64,000 bases of DNA from an uncultured delta proteobacterium (GTDB lineage: Bacteria; Myxococcota_A; Polyangia; Polyangiales; Polyangiaceae). Below, piece after piece: positions 61,898 through 64,000 of the stretch; position 1 is the first letter of the stretch, and each line of letters opens with the position of its first letter. The stretch is taken from the NCBI GenBank assembly GCA_963806225.1, contig CAWDXG010000001.1, positions 1,184,001-1,248,000 of the forward strand, given 5' to 3'. A program made the position numbers and the translations under genes. The notes below the pieces were generated by a model. It was not told where the DNA came from, made no database searches, and saw only the letters and a list, made by a program, of their open reading frames with translations.

Positions 61898-62953
61898 ATG
61901 ACCCGGCCTGGTGCGGCGGCGGCCGCTGTTTCCGCCAGTGCGGTGATGCTGGCGTGTCTGGCCGGGACCGGGCTCGGGGGGTGCGGCTCGCCGCCGCCAC
62001 GCGCGCCGGTCGCCGCGCGCCGGCCCGTTCCGGAGCCAGCTCGCGCCGAGCAGCCGAAAGCTCTGCCGCCGCTCGCGCCGCGCGAGCGGGCGCTCGAGAC
62101 CGAGCTCGGCGGCTACGTGCGGGAGCTGGCGGGAAAGATCGGCGAGCGCAACGCGAAGAAGATGTGGGGGCTGGCTTCGGCCGCGGACTACCTGGCCAAC
62201 ACGTTCGAGGACATGGGCTACACGGTCGAGCGACAGGGCTACGAGGTCGGCGAGATCCTGGCGATGAACGTCTCGGTGAGCGTGCCGGGGGGCGAGCGCG
62301 GCGACGAGCTGGTCGTCGTCGGCGCGCATTACGACTCGGCCGAGGGCAGCCCCGGAGCCGACGATAACGCGAGCGGCGCGGCGGCCGTGCTGGCGCTGGC
62401 GCGGCACTACAAGAACCTGCACCCGTCACGCAGCCTCAGGTTCGTCGAGTTCGTGAACGCGGAGCCGCCGTACTACGAGACGGACAACATGGGGAGCGTG
62501 CGCTACGCGAAGGCGCTTGCGGCACGGAGCGAGAGGGTGGTGGCGATGCTCGGCATCGACAACATCGGGTACTACTCGGACGCTCCGGGCAGCCAGCACT
62601 ATCCCATCGCGCTGGCGCCGCGCTTTCCCCGCGTCGGTCGGTTCGTGGCTTTCAACGGTCAGGGCGCCAGCGACCTGCTGCTGCACCGCGTCGTCACGAC
62701 GTTCCGCGAGCGCGCCAGCATCCCTGCCGAAGCGGTGGAGCTGCCGGCCAACATGAAGGATGCGGACTGGTCGGATACCTGGTCGTTCCGCCAGTTCGGT
62801 TTCCCCGCGGTAGCGGTGTCCGATACCGGTGCTTTCCGTTACCCACATTATCGCACCGCCCAGGACACGCCAGAGAAGCTCGACTACGGTCGCATGGCGC
62901 GCGTGGTCGCGGGCCTCGAGGGCGTCATCGACCAGCTGACGCTGCGCCGGTAG
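61898..62953 (+). CDS. M28 family metallopeptidase lipoprotein
   Basis: VVGAHYDS...[19 protein letters not shown]...G.PA....DT, P.Y....DT...LD. Confidence 0.85.
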   Translation: MTRPGAAAAAVSASAVMLACLAGTGLGGCGSPPPRAPVAARRPVPEPARAEQPKALPPLAPRERALETELGGYVRELAGKIGERNAKKMWGLASAADYLANTFEDMGYTVERQGYEVGEILAMNVSVSVPGGERGDELVVVGAHYDSAEGSPGADDNASGAAAVLALARHYKNLHPSRSLRFVEFVNAEPPYYETDNMGSVRYAKALAARSERVVAMLGIDNIGYYSDAPGSQHYPIALAPRFPRVGRFVAFNGQGASDLLLHRVVTTFRERASIPAEAVELPANMKDADWSDTWSFRQFGFPAVAVSDTGAFRYPHYRTAQDTPEKLDYGRMARVVAGLEGVIDQLTLRR

Positions 62954-63097
62954 GGCGCGGGCTCTTCCAGCCGAGCGAAAATCGAGCGTTCGCCCCGGGA
63001 GCCGGTCGTTGGCAACAGGAGGCCGACCGGGTACGCTCATCCTGGGCATTCCTCTCTCCGGAACGCCGTGACCTTGTTCTTGCCGGGCTCGACCATC

Positions 63098-64000
63098 ATG
63101 ATGAAGAAGGCGTGGCTGCTGCTGTCGGGGCTCGCGAGCCTGTCGATGCTCGCCGCTTGCTCGATCACCGGCAATCTCGGCGGTCTCCAGGCTGCGCACG
63201 ACGGCGGTGCGAAAGAGGGTGGGGGAGGCTCGGCACAGGACGGAGCTGCCGGGGGCGGTGGCAGTGCCGGAACCGATGCCGGCGGCAGCGCCGGTTGCGA
63301 CGGCGGCGCCGAGGCGGGCTGCAAGCCTGCAGAGCCGTGCTCGCCGGATGACAGTCCGTGCACCGACGACGGAAACCTGTGCACGACGGACATCTGCAAG
63401 GGCGGGCTCTGCCAGCACACGCTGCTCGCCGAAGGCGTCGGCTGCGGAAACGGCAAGGTGTGTAGCGCCACAGGCAAGTGCAGCGACGCATGCGGCATCG
63501 GGGGCCAGCTCTACGCGGCGGGTGCGACGAATCCAACCAACGCCTGCGAGAAGTGCGATCCCACGAACAGCCCGAGCGCGTGGACCGCGGCCGCAGATGG
63601 CGCGCCGTGCGCCGACGACGGCAACAGCTGCACCAAGGACGAGTGCGCCGCTGGCGTCTGCACGCATCCCGACCTCGCCGTGGGCGACAGCTGCGGTGGC
63701 GGGAAAGTCTGCGACACCAGTCTGACGTGCAACCCGGGCTGCGTGATCGGCGGGCAGTTCTACAAGGATGCAGAGGTCGATCCGTCCAACTCCTGCCAGA
63801 GCTGCGACGCGGCCAAGAGTACGAGCGCCTGGTCGCCGCTCGCGGACAGCAGCGCGTGCACCGACGACGGCAATCCGTGCACCCAGGACGAGTGCCAGTC
63901 GGGCGCGTGCACGCACCCTGCCCAGCCCAACACGACCTCGTGCGGCAGCGGCGGCCACTGCAAGAGCGGGCAGTGCACGGCGAGCTGTCTCATCGGCAAC
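63098..64000 (+). CDS. Cys-rich repeat lipoprotein (3' end outside window)
   Basis: MMKKAWLLL...LAAC lipobox; repeated C.DDGN.CT.D.C..G.C and C.IGG..Y......NP.N.C..C modules; no stop before the window end. Confidence 0.8.
   Translation, partial: MMKKAWLLLSGLASLSMLAACSITGNLGGLQAAHDGGAKEGGGGSAQDGAAGGGGSAGTDAGGSAGCDGGAEAGCKPAEPCSPDDSPCTDDGNLCTTDICKGGLCQHTLLAEGVGCGNGKVCSATGKCSDACGIGGQLYAAGATNPTNACEKCDPTNSPSAWTAAADGAPCADDGNSCTKDECAAGVCTHPDLAVGDSCGGGKVCDTSLTCNPGCVIGGQFYKDAEVDPSNSCQSCDAAKSTSAWSPLADSSACTDDGNPCTQDECQSGACTHPAQPNTTSCGSGGHCKSGQCTASCLIGN

Noticed and set aside
33419..63958. Long antisense/alternative-frame ORFs (e.g. 33419-35593, 41327-44005, 47985-50762, 48773-51295, 62426-63958)
   Set aside because: Shadow ORFs of high-GC genes; Arg/Ala/Pro-rich with no motifs, overlapping well-supported CDSs.

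Overview
High-GC bacterial DNA, most likely Myxococcota (Polyangiales-like), inferred from the eukaryotic-like Ser/Thr kinases, Gly/Cys-rich lipoproteins and myxobacterial-type pfa genes. It has three parts. (1) 1-9.8 kb is a decayed defence/mobile region: IS21 istAB inserted into a DUF4268-like gene, a degenerate HD protein, an intact OLD-type ABC-ATPase/TOPRIM nuclease, a PD-(D/E)xK remnant and an HNH/HTH/GIY-YIG chimera. (2) 9,827-32,958 is a ~23-kb island integrated at the 3' end of the tmRNA gene. It is bounded by a perfect 21-bp direct repeat, with a broken tyrosine integrase and an excisionase-like gene beside ssrA. Its cargo is a PPTase, a LuxR-type regulator with two ACTAC-N6-GTAGT boxes, and one apparent operon: GNAT-like acyltransferase, Asp/Glu racemase, pfa1, pfa2, pfa3(AGPAT). 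This may be a mobile PUFA-synthase pathway for an amino-acid-containing lipid. (3) 33-64 kb is core-like genes (ssrA, kinases, K+ channel, GH92, vWA/HEAT pair, LMF1, NDH-2, AKR, nitrilase, panE, SCO, purK/purE, M28). It is interrupted by a 2.7-kb non-coding repeat complex: a G-rich 13/18-bp array plus 21 copies of a 72-bp palindromic unit with inverted-repeat flanks. Several genes carry indels that may be assembly errors. All protein calls come from motif recognition by eye, not database searches.
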